From: the human T2T-CHM13v2.0 reference genome, Homo sapiens
Assembly: GCF_009914755.1 (NCBI RefSeq)
Contig: NC_060928.1
Strand: one strand, 5' to 3'
Length of the DNA stretch: 64,000 nucleotides
This document shows, piece by piece, positions 1-11,682 of the stretch; positions within the stretch are counted from its first letter, which is position 1, and every line of letters starts with the position of its first letter. The position numbers were made by a program, and so were the translations under genes. Under the pieces are notes generated by a model that saw nothing but the letters and a program-made list of their open reading frames with translations, was not told where the DNA came from and searched no databases.

Positions 1-562
1 ATACATATCGAAAAGCTGGGAAGGAGGGTTGGGATAAGAGAGGGAGAGATGCAGAGTGTAAGAATAAAGAGGTTCAGAAAAAAAAGCTTCAAAATGTGGT
101 GCAATGTAAAATGTAGCAGGTATCGAGAAGACACAAAAGAGGAAAAAATCAGGATATAAACACAAAAATATACATTCCAGCAAAAATCCAGTAAAAATGG
201 AGAAATTGTGTCTGGGATATGTATAGTACAAACCAGAAAGGTCTCTTGCTTATGAATATAGGAAACGAAACAGAAGGATTTAATGTTACAATTATTTGAA
301 GAAAAATTTTCAAATCAAAGTAGGTCAAACTTAAGGCCAAGATTATGGCCAATATGAAAAAAAAGAATAAGAATGAAGCATTATTGTTGTTAGTGATCCC
401 TAATTCATGCTATTCTGAACTATCTCGGCTGGTTCAAACTATACCACTTCCTATCAGTAAAAGATGGGAAGAGTATGAAGGAATTACCATCAGTATCAGA
501 GCCTTTACGTTACGTTGGCACATTATGAAGATTAATCACACAAGGCTTTAAACACTTGCTAA

Positions 563-720
563 AGATGGGTGTGATGGCAGTGCCTACAGCTACTCAGGAG
601 GCTGAGGCAGGAGGATTCCCTGAGCCCAGAAGTAGAAAGCTGCAATGAGCTATGGTCACCACTGCACTCCAGCCTGGGTGAACTTGTCTCTAAAACAAAC
701 AAATAAGCAAAAATAAATAA
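563..720 (+). mobile_element. Free Alu monomer (FRAM/FAM-like)
   Basis: Right-arm Alu motifs (agctactcaggaggctgaggcaggaggat...cactgcactccagcctggg) followed by an A-rich tail; no left arm. Confidence 0.8.
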
Positions 721-897
721 ATGCCTACTGATATCAAACAATGGAAAAACATTAAAATAATTACATATTTAGCACTTCTTAGAGATAACAGCATAATTTT
801 AAGGTATAAATGGATTACACTGTATAAAAGTAATGATGTTTAACTTGATCTTGCTTTTTAAATATTTTTTTCTCAGTATTAGAGATTGACTGACATA

Positions 898-1130
898 ATT
901 TTTTTTTTCTTTGAGACGGAGTTTCACTCTTTTGTCAGGCTGGAGTGCAATGGTGCCATCTCAGCTCACTGTAACCTCCGCACCCGGGTTCAAGCGATTG
1001 TCCTGCCTCAGCCTCCCAAGTAGTTGGGAATACAGGCGTACACCACCACACCCAGCTAATTTTTGTATTTTTAGTAGAGATGGGGTTTCACCATGTTGGC
1101 CAGGATGGTCTCAATCTCTTGACCTCATGA
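898..1130 (-). mobile_element. AluS, 5'-truncated
   Basis: Poly-T then gagacggagtttcactct...ttttgtatttttagtagagatgggg; ends at gacctcatga. Confidence 0.9.
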
Positions 1131-1193
1131 ACTGCAAAATTTTCCCAAGGTTCACTTTTCCACCAGCAACTATTCATTTGCGTATTAGGGAGC

Positions 1194-1544
1194 TGTCAGG
1201 CCTCTGAGCCCAAGCTAAGCCACCATATCCCCTGTGACCTGCACGTACACATCCAGATGGCCGGTTCCTGCCTTAACTGATGACATTATCTTGTGAAATT
1301 CCTTCTCCTGGCTCATCCTGGCTCAAAAGCTCCCCTACTGAGCACCTTGTGACCCCCACTCCTGCCTGCCAGAGAACAACCCCCCTTTTTCCTTTACCTA
1401 CCCAAATCCTATAAAACGGCCCCACCCCTATCTCCCTTTTGACTCTCTTTTTGGACTCAGCCCGCCTGCACCCAGGTGAAATAAACAGCTTTATTGCTCA
1501 CACAAAGCCTGTTTGGTGGTCTCTTCACACAGACGCGAGTGAAA
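1194..1544 (+). promoter_or_regulatory. 5' LTR7 (351 bp)
   Basis: TATAAAA 1410-1416, GC/GT box gccccacccc ~1419, AATAAA 1480-1485; lacks a 51-bp block present in the 3' LTR. Confidence 0.95.
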
Positions 1545-1546
1545 TT

Positions 1547-1564
1547 TGGTGCCATGACTCAGAT
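1547..1564 (+). other. Primer binding site for tRNA-His
   Basis: TGGTGCCATGACTCAGAT versus canonical TGGTGCCGTGACTCGGAT; both mismatches are CpG>CpA. Confidence 0.92.
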
Positions 1565-1687
1565 CGGGGGACCTCCCTTGGGAGATCAATCCCCTGTCCT
1601 CCTGCTCTTTGCTCCATGAGAAAGATCCACCTACAACCTCAGGTCCTCAGACCGACCAGCCCAAGAAACATCTCACCAATTTCAAAT

Positions 1688-1696
1688 CCGGTAAGT
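1688..1696 (+). promoter_or_regulatory. HERV-H major splice donor
   Basis: CCG|GTAAGT about 150 nt past the 5' LTR, the position of the known HERV-H leader donor. Confidence 0.75.
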
Positions 1697-3199
1697 GGCC
1701 TCTTTTTACTCTCTTCTCCAACCTCCCTCATTATCCCTCAACCTCTTTCTCCTTTCAATCTTGGCGCCACACTTCAATCTCTCCTTTCTCTTAATTTCAA
1801 TTCCTTTCATTTTCTGTTAGAGACAAAGGAGACACATTTTATCCATGGACCCAAAACTCCGGCGCCGGTCATGGACTTGGGTAGGCAGCCTTCCCTTGGT
1901 GTTTAATCATTGCAGGGACGCCTCTCTGATTATTCACCCAGGTTTCAGAGGTGTCAGACCACGCAGGGACGTCTGCCTTGGTCCTTCACCCTTAGCGGTA
2001 AGTCCCGCTTTTCTAGGGGAGGGGAAAGAACCCCTCAACCCCTTCTCCTTCACCCTTAGCGGCAAGTCCTGCTTTTCTGGAGAAGGGGCAGGAACCCCGA
2101 CCTCTTATCTCTGCACCCCGATCCCTTATTTCTGTGACCCGACCCCTTCTCTGCTTTTCTGGAGGGCAAGAACCCCCCACCCCTTCTCTGTGTCTCTACT
2201 CTCTTTTCTCTGGGCTTGCCTCCTTCACTATGGGCAAGCTTCCACCTTCCATTCCTCCTTCTTCTCCCTTAGCCTGTGTTCTTAAAACTTAAAACCTCTT
2301 CAACTCTCACCTGACCTAAAATCTAAGCATCTTATTTTCTTCTGCAATGCTGCTTGACCCCAATACAAACTCGATAGTAGTTCCAAATAGCCGGAAAACG
2401 GCACTTCCAATTTTTCCATCCTACAAGATCTAAATAATTCTTGTCGTAAAATAGGCAAATGGTCTGAGGTGCCTGACATCCAGGCATTCTTTTAGACATC
2501 GGTCCCTCCCTAGTCTCTGTTCCCAATGCAACTCATCTCAAATCTTCCTTCTTTCCCTCCCACCTGTCCCCTCAGTCCCAACCCCAAGCATCGCTGAGTC
2601 TTTCTAATCTTCCTTTTCTACAGACCCATCTGACCTCTCCCCTCCTTGCCAGGCCGAGCTAGGTCCCAGTTGTTCCTCAGCCTCTGCTCCTCTACCCTAT
2701 AATTCTTTTATCACCTCACCTCCTTACACCCGGTCCGGCTTACAGTTTCATTCTGTGACTAGCCCTCCCTGATTTGCCCAGCAATTTACTCTTAAAAAGG
2801 TGGCTGGAGCTAAACACATAGTCAAGGTTAATGCTCCTTTTTCTTTATCCCAAATCAGATAGTGTTTAGGCTCTTTTTCATCAAATATGAAAATCCAGCC
2901 CAGTTCATGGCTTGTTTGGCAGCAACCCGGAGATGCTTTACAGCCCTAGATCCTGAAATGTCAAAAGGCCGTCTTATTCTCAATATACATTTTATTACCC
3001 AATCTGCTCCTGACATTAAATAAAACTCCAAAAATTAAATTCCAGCCCTCAAACCCCACAACAGGACTTAATTAACCTTGCCTTCAAGGTGTACAATAAT
3101 AGAGTAGAGGCGGCCAAGTAGCAACATATTTCTGAGTTGCAGTTCCTTGCCTCCACTGTGAGACAAACCCCAGCCACATCTCCAGCACACAAGAATTTC

Positions 3200-3470
3200 C
3201 AAATGCCTAAACCGCAGTGGCCAGGTGTTCCTCCAGAACCGCCTCCCCCAGGAGCTTGCTACAAGTGCCAGAAATCTGGCCACCAGGCCAAGGAATGCCT
3301 GTAGCCCAGGATTCCTCCTAAGCCGTGTCCCATCTGTGCAGGACCCCACTGGAAATTGGACTGTTCAACTCACCTGGCAGCCACTCCCAGAATCCCTGGA
3401 ACTCTGGCCCAAGGCTCTCTGACTGACTCCTTCCCAGATCTTCTCGGCTTAGCGGCTGAAGACTGATGCT
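3200..3470 (+). pseudogene. gag: HERV-H gag nucleocapsid remnant
   Basis: Zinc knuckles CYKCQKSGHQAKEC (3257-3298) and CPICAGPHWKLDC (3326-3364), with an in-frame TAG between them. Confidence 0.9.
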
Positions 3471-3499
3471 GCCTGATCGCCTCAGAAGCCCTGTAGACC

Positions 3500-3800
3500 A
3501 TCACAGATGCCGAGCTTTAGGTAACTCTCACAGTGGAGGGTAAGTCCATCCCCTTCTTAATCGATACAGAGGCTACCCACTCCACGTTACCATCTTTTCA
3601 AGGGCCTGTTTCCCTTGCCTCCATAACTGTTGTAGGTATTGACAGCCAGGCTTCTAGACCTCTTAAAACTCTCCAACTCTTGTGCCAATTCAGACAATAC
3701 TCTTTTAAGCACTCCTTTTTAGTTATCCCCACCTGCCCAGTTCCCTTATTAGGCTGAGACACTTTAACTAAATTATCTGCTTCCCTGACTATTCCTGGAC
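3500..3800 (+). pseudogene. pro: HERV-H protease remnant
   Basis: FLIDTEATHS (DTGA active site changed to DTEA) and PTCPVPLLG* in ORF 3533-3757. Confidence 0.88.
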
Positions 3801-3959
3801 TACAGCTACATCTCATTGCCACACTTCTTCCCAATCCAAAGCCCCCTTTGCATCCTCCTTTTGTATCCCCCCACCTTAACCCACAAGTATAAGATACCTC
3901 TACCCCCTCCTTGGCGACCGATCATGCACCACTTACCATCTCATTAAAACCTAATCACC

Positions 3960-5113
3960 CTTACCCTGCTCAATGCCAATATCCCATCCCATAGCATGCT
4001 TTGAAAGGATCAAAGCCTGTTATCACTCGTCTGCTACGGCATGGCCTTTTACAGCCTATAAACTCTCCTTACAATTCCCCCATTTTACCTGTCCTAAAAC
4101 CAGACAAGCCTTACAAGTTAGTTCAGGATCTATGCCTTATCAACCAAATTGTTTTGCCTATCCAACCCATGGTGCCAAACCCATATACTCTCCAATCCTC
4201 AATACCTCCCTCCACAATCCGTTATTCGGTTCTGGATCTCAAACATGCTTTCTTTACTATTCCTTTGCACCCTTCATCCCAGCCTCTCTTCGCTTTCACT
4301 TGGACTGACCCTGACACCCACCAGGCTCAGCAAATTACCTGGGCTGTACTGCCGCAAGGCTTCACAGACAGCCCCCATTACTTCAGTCAAGCCTAAATTT
4401 CTTCCTTATCTGTTACCTATCTCAGCATAATTCTCATAAAAACACAGGTGCTCTCCCTGCTGATCGTGTCTGACTAATCTCTCAAACCCTTCCACAAAAC
4501 AACAACTCCTTTCCTTCCTAAGCATGGTAAGATACTTTTGCCTTTGGATACCTGGTTTTGCCATCATAACAAAACCATTATATAAACTCACAAAAGGAAA
4601 CCTAGCTGACCCCATAGATCCTAAATCCTTTCCCCACTCCTCTTTCCATTCCTTGAAGACAGCTTTAGAGACTGCCCCCACCCTATCTTACCCTGACTCA
4701 TCCCAACCCTTTTCATTACACACAGCTGAAGTGCAGGGCTGTGTAGTCAGAATTCTTACACAAGCACAGGGATCGCGTCCTGTACCCTTTTTGTCCAAAC
4801 AACTTGACCTTACTGTTTTAGGCTGGCCATCATGTCTCCGTGCAGTGGCTGCTGCCACCCTAATACTTTTAGAGGCCCTTAAAATCAGAAACTATGCTCA
4901 GCTTACTCTCTACAGCTCTCATAATTTCCAAAATCTATTTTCTTCCTCACACCTGATACATATACTTTCTGCTCCCCGGCTCCTTCAGCTGTACTCACTC
5001 TGTTAAGTCCCACAATTACCATTGTTCCTGGCCCGGACTTCAATCCAGCCTCCCACATTATTCCAGATACCACACCTGACCCTCATGACTGCATCTCTCT
5101 GATCCACCTGACG
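3960..5113 (+). pseudogene. pol: HERV-H reverse transcriptase/connection remnant
   Basis: SPYNSPILPV, VQDL, VLDLKHAFF, FAFTW and LPQGFTDSP in ORF 4001-4396; connection motifs in ORF 4524-5006; no YxDD, RNase H core or integrase seen. Confidence 0.92.
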
Positions 5114-5432
5114 TCCTTTAATACCTGTTTTTCTCCTTCTCTTATTCCGTTTAGTTTTTCAATTCATACAAAACTGTACCCAGGCCATCACCAATAATTC
5201 TAAATGACAAATGTTTCTTCTAACAACCCCACAATATCACCCCTTACCACAAAATCTTTCTTCAGCTTAATCTCTCCCACTCTAGGTTCTCACACTGCCC
5301 CTAATCCCGCTCAAAGCAGCCCTGAGAAACATCTCCCATTATCTCTCCATACCACCCCCAAAAAGTTTTCACCGTCCCAACACTTTACCATGATTTCATT
5401 TTATTTTTCTTATTAATATAAGAAGACAGGAA

Positions 5433-5834
5433 TGTCAGGCCTCTGAGCCCAAGCTAAACCATCATATCCCCTGTGACCTGCACGTACACATCCAGATGGC
5501 CAGTTCCTGCCTTAACTGATGACATTCCACCACAAAAGAAGTGAAAATGGCCTGTTCCTGCCTTAACTGATGACATTATCTTGTGAAATTCCTTCTCCTG
5601 GCTCATCCTGGCTCAAAAGCTCTCCTACTGAGCACCTTGTAACCCCCGACTCCTGCCTGCCAGAGAACAACCCCCTTTTTCCTTTACCTACCCAAATCCT
5701 ATAAAACAGCCCCACCCCTATCTCCCTTCTGACTCTCTTTTTGGACTCAGCCCGCCTGCAACCAGGTGAAATAAACAGCTTTATTGCTCACACAAAGCCT
5801 GTTTGGCGGTCTCTTCATAGGGATGCGAGTGAAA
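5433..5834 (+). promoter_or_regulatory. 3' LTR7 (402 bp)
   Basis: Follows the PPT; two copies of gttcctgccttaactgatgacatt; TATAAAA 5700-5706; AATAAA 5770-5775. Confidence 0.95.
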
Positions 5835-6399
5835 GGAGCCAGATCCTAGCGGTCAGTGTTTGTTTTTTAGTGTTGCTAATTGACTCCTACAAAGTTTTTA
5901 CTCAGGCAATAGCAACATCAGGTGAAAATATAGTCATTAAGCACAGAATGGAAAGAAAAATTTCAACTTTACTTCATTTTATTTGGTAAAAAATAATGCA
6001 GAAATTCTAACTGGACACAAACAAATTGACATAAATTAGTCTGACTCAGTTTAGTTATTTATAATAACCACTCACCAACTCTCCCATCTCCACTTTCCCA
6101 GGGGTGGAATGGGAAGCCCTCCCTTTATTTAAAATAACTAACGGGTCTAAATGTTTCACCTTACAATTGCTGATTGTCTCCTGTAGTGTGAAATGGAACA
6201 CAACTAACACCCAATTATCAGGGCTGTAGTGAAGAAAACAATGCCTGGCCTAGAGTGGGGACTCAACCTACGGTTTCTATTGACTCCTGGGGAGTTTAAC
6301 AAGGTGGACATCATTAATAAACATTAGCTGAAGAAGAAAACGAACAAGATTGATATCTGGGGAAAAACATGAAGGTTGCACAAAATTAAAAGGCTGAGA

Positions 6400-6890
6400 A
6401 GATAAGAAATCTAAATCAATATTACCCATGTAGGACAAAGGCACATATGATCAAATAAATCATGAGACCTTCAAAAAGAATGCATGTTTTGTGAAGAAAA
6501 ATGGACAGATTCATAAATATATGTGAAGTGAGAACGCAGGAAAGGAAGATTATAAGCCCCTAGAGAGAGACTGAAATGAATTCAATGACAGAAGAGGCAA
6601 ATGCAGCAAGAAAAATGAATAACTTATTTGGTTTAGTGCTCACTGAAGAGGACTTGAAGTTGTACTAGAAAGTGAAAAGTCTCCCAGAGGGAGATGGCAC
6701 ACTCCTAAAAGCTAAGAACTGGAAAATCATTTACATAGGTAACATCTCATTATAACGAAACTAACAGTACCACTAAATTGTTTTATTGGGACAAAATTTT
6801 ATTAAAATGATTTCAGGTGTGAAAGCTCCTATGAATTGATAAAGCTGGGAGTGACAGTCAGTGGATTCCTGAATATTAAAAACGGCAGCA
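6400..6890 (+). mobile_element. Ancient CR1/L3-like LINE ORF2 fragment
   Basis: Translation EEANAARKMNNLFGLVLTEED (~6591-6653) resembles the CR1 EKAExLNxFFASVFT motif; a KAP/GxDG-like stretch follows near 6820-6880. Confidence 0.5.
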
Positions 6891-6899
6891 AATAATCAG

Positions 6900-7586
<687 letters not shown>

Positions 7587-9624
7587 TTAGTATGTACTTT
7601 TTCATATGCATATAGATGTTGAACATGAATTTATATTGTGTAAGTAGGTATCTGTATGAAATTTTTAAAAAATCAACTAGTTCTATATAGCTAATAATTA
7701 AAGACAGCATTCTCTTGCCCCACTATTTTTGCTCTCCCAAGGCAGTCACTCGCAAATCTTTATCTGTTTCTTCTGATATTTACCTCCCTATTTTTAAACA
7801 ACTGCCATTTGTATATTTTACTAACTTATTCATACGGGAAACAGGTTTGCATTTATCATGCCCCCATTCCCAGGACCCATGCAAATATTTTCTCCCTCTA
7901 GCCTCTCAATACAAATACAGTTATCTTGTATATTTAGATAAAATGCATATTTTGTGTTTACCCATATGGGAGCCATCTACTGTCATATGATTGTTTCATT
8001 TTTTCCCTTGTGTTAAGTTCTTGTTTTCCTTGTGGCTTAATAATTGCATCCTTTTGTCATTGTTGTTTCTGTAGATTTCCAGATTGTCAGACATAAACAA
8101 TTTCCAGATTGTCAGACATGGAAAGCACTTCTCAGTGAATTTAAGTAAATCAAATAAAGTCTTAGTTCAAGTTCAACATTAACCACTGAAAATTCCCTTA
8201 ACCTAGCAGGTTTCCTAACAGGGGATTTAAATCTTAATTACTATACAAAGGTCTGACCAGACCTAGGAGGAACCCCCTTCAGGACAGGATGATAGATGGT
8301 TCCTCCCAGGTGATTGAGAAAAAAAAAAAAAAAGAAGAAGAAGAAGAAGAAAAGGGGGAGGGGGAGAATTTATGTAAAAAGAATGTTATATGGTAAATTC
8401 TTGTCCTAAAATAAATTAACTGGTTGTTTAAAGAAAGGAATGTTTGCAATAAGTCAGAAAGTTGAGACGTCGAAGAATAGTCTGTGAAAGTCGTGAAAGA
8501 AAAAAAACGTGTGTTACAAAAAAGGAACTTATGCAAGAAAAGTTGTATAATTTAAAAGTTATTAGGTCTACTGAATGTAAAACTATTGAAGAAACAGTTT
8601 ATGTGCAAGGTGTACAAGGAAAGTAAAATATACTTTTAGTAAAAGGATTATAAGCAGGCATAAGAAGGTGGATTTTTACCTACATTAAAAGGTTAAAAAA
8701 GTTTGTTTTGAAGGTTTAAGCAAGTTTTGAAACGTTAGTAGTAAAGGAAATTCTGTGTGTAAACATATTGGCTGAAGTTAAAGTGGTATCATCCAGTTTT
8801 TTTGTGAACTGGACATTAAAATAAAAATACAATGGGCTTTTCTTAAAGCACTGGCCTGCTCTTTAACAAAAAATTATAAAAGGTTAAAAAGAGTCTATAA
8901 AAAATCTTAGCTTATGGTCAGACATTAAAAATTGAATAAATATGCCTACAAAGTTTTATTAAAACTAAGTTTAACATTAATAACACACTAATATAAAGGT
9001 GAAATTTAGCTTATCTGGTATAAAAATTATACAGGAAGCATTGTCAAATATAAAAAAAAATGGTGTTTGGCTTTCTTTGATCTAAAAACTAATAAAAATA
9101 GGTGCTAAAGGAAATTTCTCAGTAAGAAGGCACCAAGAACTATAAAGTCCACTGCTGATGTCCCCACATTTAAAACAAATGGTCATTTTCTTAGAAATTA
9201 TACACTTGGTTTATCTTCCACTTTCCTTTTCCTCAAAACTAAAAGTCTTTTAGCATATGTACCACCCCTAGAATTTCTGGCAAACCAGCACCAGCCTGAA
9301 GATCATGTTCTCATCAAAGGGTGGAAAGAAGGAAAACTCAAGCCAGCCTGGGAAGGACGCTACCTTGTGATGCTAATCACTGAGACTGCTGTTCATACAG
9401 TGAAATGGGGATGGACTCATCACACCTGAGTCAAGAAAGCACCACCCCCTCCAGAATCATGGGCCGTAGTCCCAGGGGAAACCCTACCAAACTAAAGCTA
9501 AGAAAAATTTAACTCTTTCATCTATTCTATTACTCTTTAATCTTTCCTCGCTCTATTGCTGACCATCTACTTATTAACATAACAAAGTCAATTTCGCCTC
9601 AAACTATTGCATTTAATGCTTCCC

Positions 9625-10060
9625 TTTTTTTTTTTTGGTGTTGGGGATTTGCTTTTTTTATTTATTTCTATTTATTATTATTATACTTCAGGTTCTAGGG
9701 TACATGTGCATAACATGCAAGTTTGTTACATATGTATACATGTGCCTGGTTGGCGTGCTGCACCCATTAACTCATCATTTACATTAGGTAGGTCTCCTAA
9801 TGCTATCCTTTCCCCCTCCCCCCACCCCACGACAGGCCCCAGTGTGTGATGTTCCCCTTCCTGTGTCCAAGTGTCCTTATTGTTCAATTCCCACCTGTGA
9901 GTGAGACCATTTGGTGTTTGGTTTTCTGTCCTTGCGATAGTTTGCTGAGAATGATGGTTCCCAGCTTCATCCATGTCCCTACAAAGGACATGAACTCATC
10001 CTTTTTTATGGCTGCATAGTATTCCTTGGTGTATATGTGCCACATTTTCTTAATCTAGTC
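9625..10060 (-). mobile_element. L1PA (PA4/PA5-like) 3' fragment nested in the provirus
   Basis: Poly-T and ttattatacttcaggttctagggtacatgtgc...ccccccaccccacgacaggcccc; imperfect TSD TGCTT(C/G)CCTT. Confidence 0.92.
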
Positions 10061-10939
10061 TTGCCTTAATCTAGTGCTTGCCTTGTTATACCCTGTGGGG
10101 ACTTGCCAAGTCAAAGACAGCTCTCTACTTCAGAAGAGTACCTGTCCCTCCTGACTCTCCTCAGACTGGGCATTAGTAAATTAGGACCATTTAATCCGGG
10201 GAGATTTCGATAAAGACCCCAGTGCCAACCAGGAGTCTTGCCCCCGATGTAGAGCTTTTATGCCATAGTTGGTCCAATGTTCTGTGGACCACTAAAGAGC
10301 AAGGATGGACTGCCCCAACTGGTTTTTGTAATTTCCTAAAATCATACATTCATTTTACTAGAGGATCATAGAAGTTAAAGACTAAAACAAACTTTGGCAG
10401 TTAAGACAAGATACCAAGATGCAAATGCCCAGTTGGAATGGATCAAATATTCTGTCCGCACGTTAAACAAAAGCAATTGTTATGCTTGTGCACATGGCAG
10501 GCCAGAGGCCCAGATTGTCCCCTTTCCACTAAGGTGGTCCTTCAGTCGACCAGGCGTGGACTGCATGGTAGCTCTTTTCCAGGATTCTACAGCCTGCAGT
10601 AATAAGACATGCCAAGCTCTCTCTCTGCTATATCCCAAAGTTCTGCACCCTGCAGGTCAGCCCCTGAGGGCCATCCAGCTTCCGTCTCCCAACACTAAGT
10701 TCACTTCATGTCTCTCACCACAGGGAGGAAATTTAGCATTCCTTGGAGACCTGAAGGGATGCAGTGAGCTTAAGAATTTTCAAGAGCTTATCAGTCAGTC
10801 AGCCCTTGTTCATCCCCGAGTGGATGTGTGGTGGTATTGTGGTGGACCTTTACTGGACACTCTGCTGAATAACTGGAGTGGCACTTGTGCTTTAGTCCAA
10901 TTGGCTATCCCTTTCACCCCAGCATTTCATCAACCAGAG

Positions 10940-11660
10940 GGACGGATCCGGTTATTGGACGGAAGAATAGCCATGCCACAGCTGCTAGGAACCGCAGTTG
11001 TACTGGCTGTGCATGAGACCACCCACCTAGGCGAAGAGTCACTTGAAAAGTTGTTAGGCTGGTACTGTCAGCCTTTGCCAAAATGGTGGTGCAGCAGTGT
11101 GACACCTGCCAGCAGCACAATGCTAGGCAAGGTCCAAACGTCCTGCCTGGCATACAAGCTTATGGAGTAGCCCCCTTTGAAGATCTCCAAGTAGACTTCA
11201 CCGAGATGCCCAAATGTGGAGGTAACAAGTATTTGCTAGTTCTAGTGTGTACATACTCTGGGTGGGTGGAGGCCTATCCAACACGAACTGAGAAAGCTTG
11301 TGAAGTAACCCATGTGCTTCTCTGAGATCTCATTCCTAGGTTTGGAGTGCCCTTATGGATCAGCTCAGACAATGGGCCGGCATTTGTGGCTGACTTGGTA
11401 CAGGAGACAGCAAAGGTGATTGAGTGTGGATCGAAGACTGGAACATAGCCCCCTTGCGGCCACAGTGGAAAGGACCCCAGACTGTCATCTTGACCACTCC
11501 CACAGCCATAAAGGTAGAGGGAATCCCAGTCTGGGTCCACCACAGCCACGTAAAACCTGCAGCACCTGACACCTGGGAGGCGAGAGCAAGCCTGGACAAC
11601 CCCTGCAAAGTGACTCTGAAGAAGAGGACAAGCCCTGCTCCAGTCACACCTGGAAGCTGA
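10940..11660 (+). pseudogene. pol: HERV-E-like integrase remnant
   Basis: HETTHLG...CDTC zinc domain, LQVDFTEMP, SGWVEAYPT, SDNGPAF and KGPQTVILTTPTAIKV; frameshifted with an internal deletion. Confidence 0.9.
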
Positions 11661-11682
11661 CTGGTCCACGCACGACCAAAGC

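Larger units (their letters stand above)
1194..5834 (+). mobile_element. HERV-H provirus (defective, two LTR7, internally deleted, ~4.6 kb)
   Basis: TGTCAGG...GTGAAA LTRs at both ends; 5-bp TSD GGAGC at 1189-1193 and 5835-5839; His-tRNA PBS; gag/pro/RT remnants; PPT aagaagacaggaa 5420-5432. Confidence 0.97.

Noticed and set aside
911-1207. ORFs overlapping Alus (also 15418-15777, 19122-19661, 36210-36653, 37640-37960)
   Set aside because: Typical Alu-derived translations with no independent support for coding.
1985-2180. Repeated cacccttagcgg.aagtcc.gcttttct units resembling a repeat-spacer array
   Set aside because: Known internal repeats of the HERV-H leader; not CRISPR, and this is primate DNA with no cas genes.
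1439-2285. 146-155 aa ORFs in the HERV-H LTR and leader
   Set aside because: The 155-aa frame starts at TTG; both lie in C-rich, stop-poor leader sequence common to HERV-H copies and show no recognisable domain.
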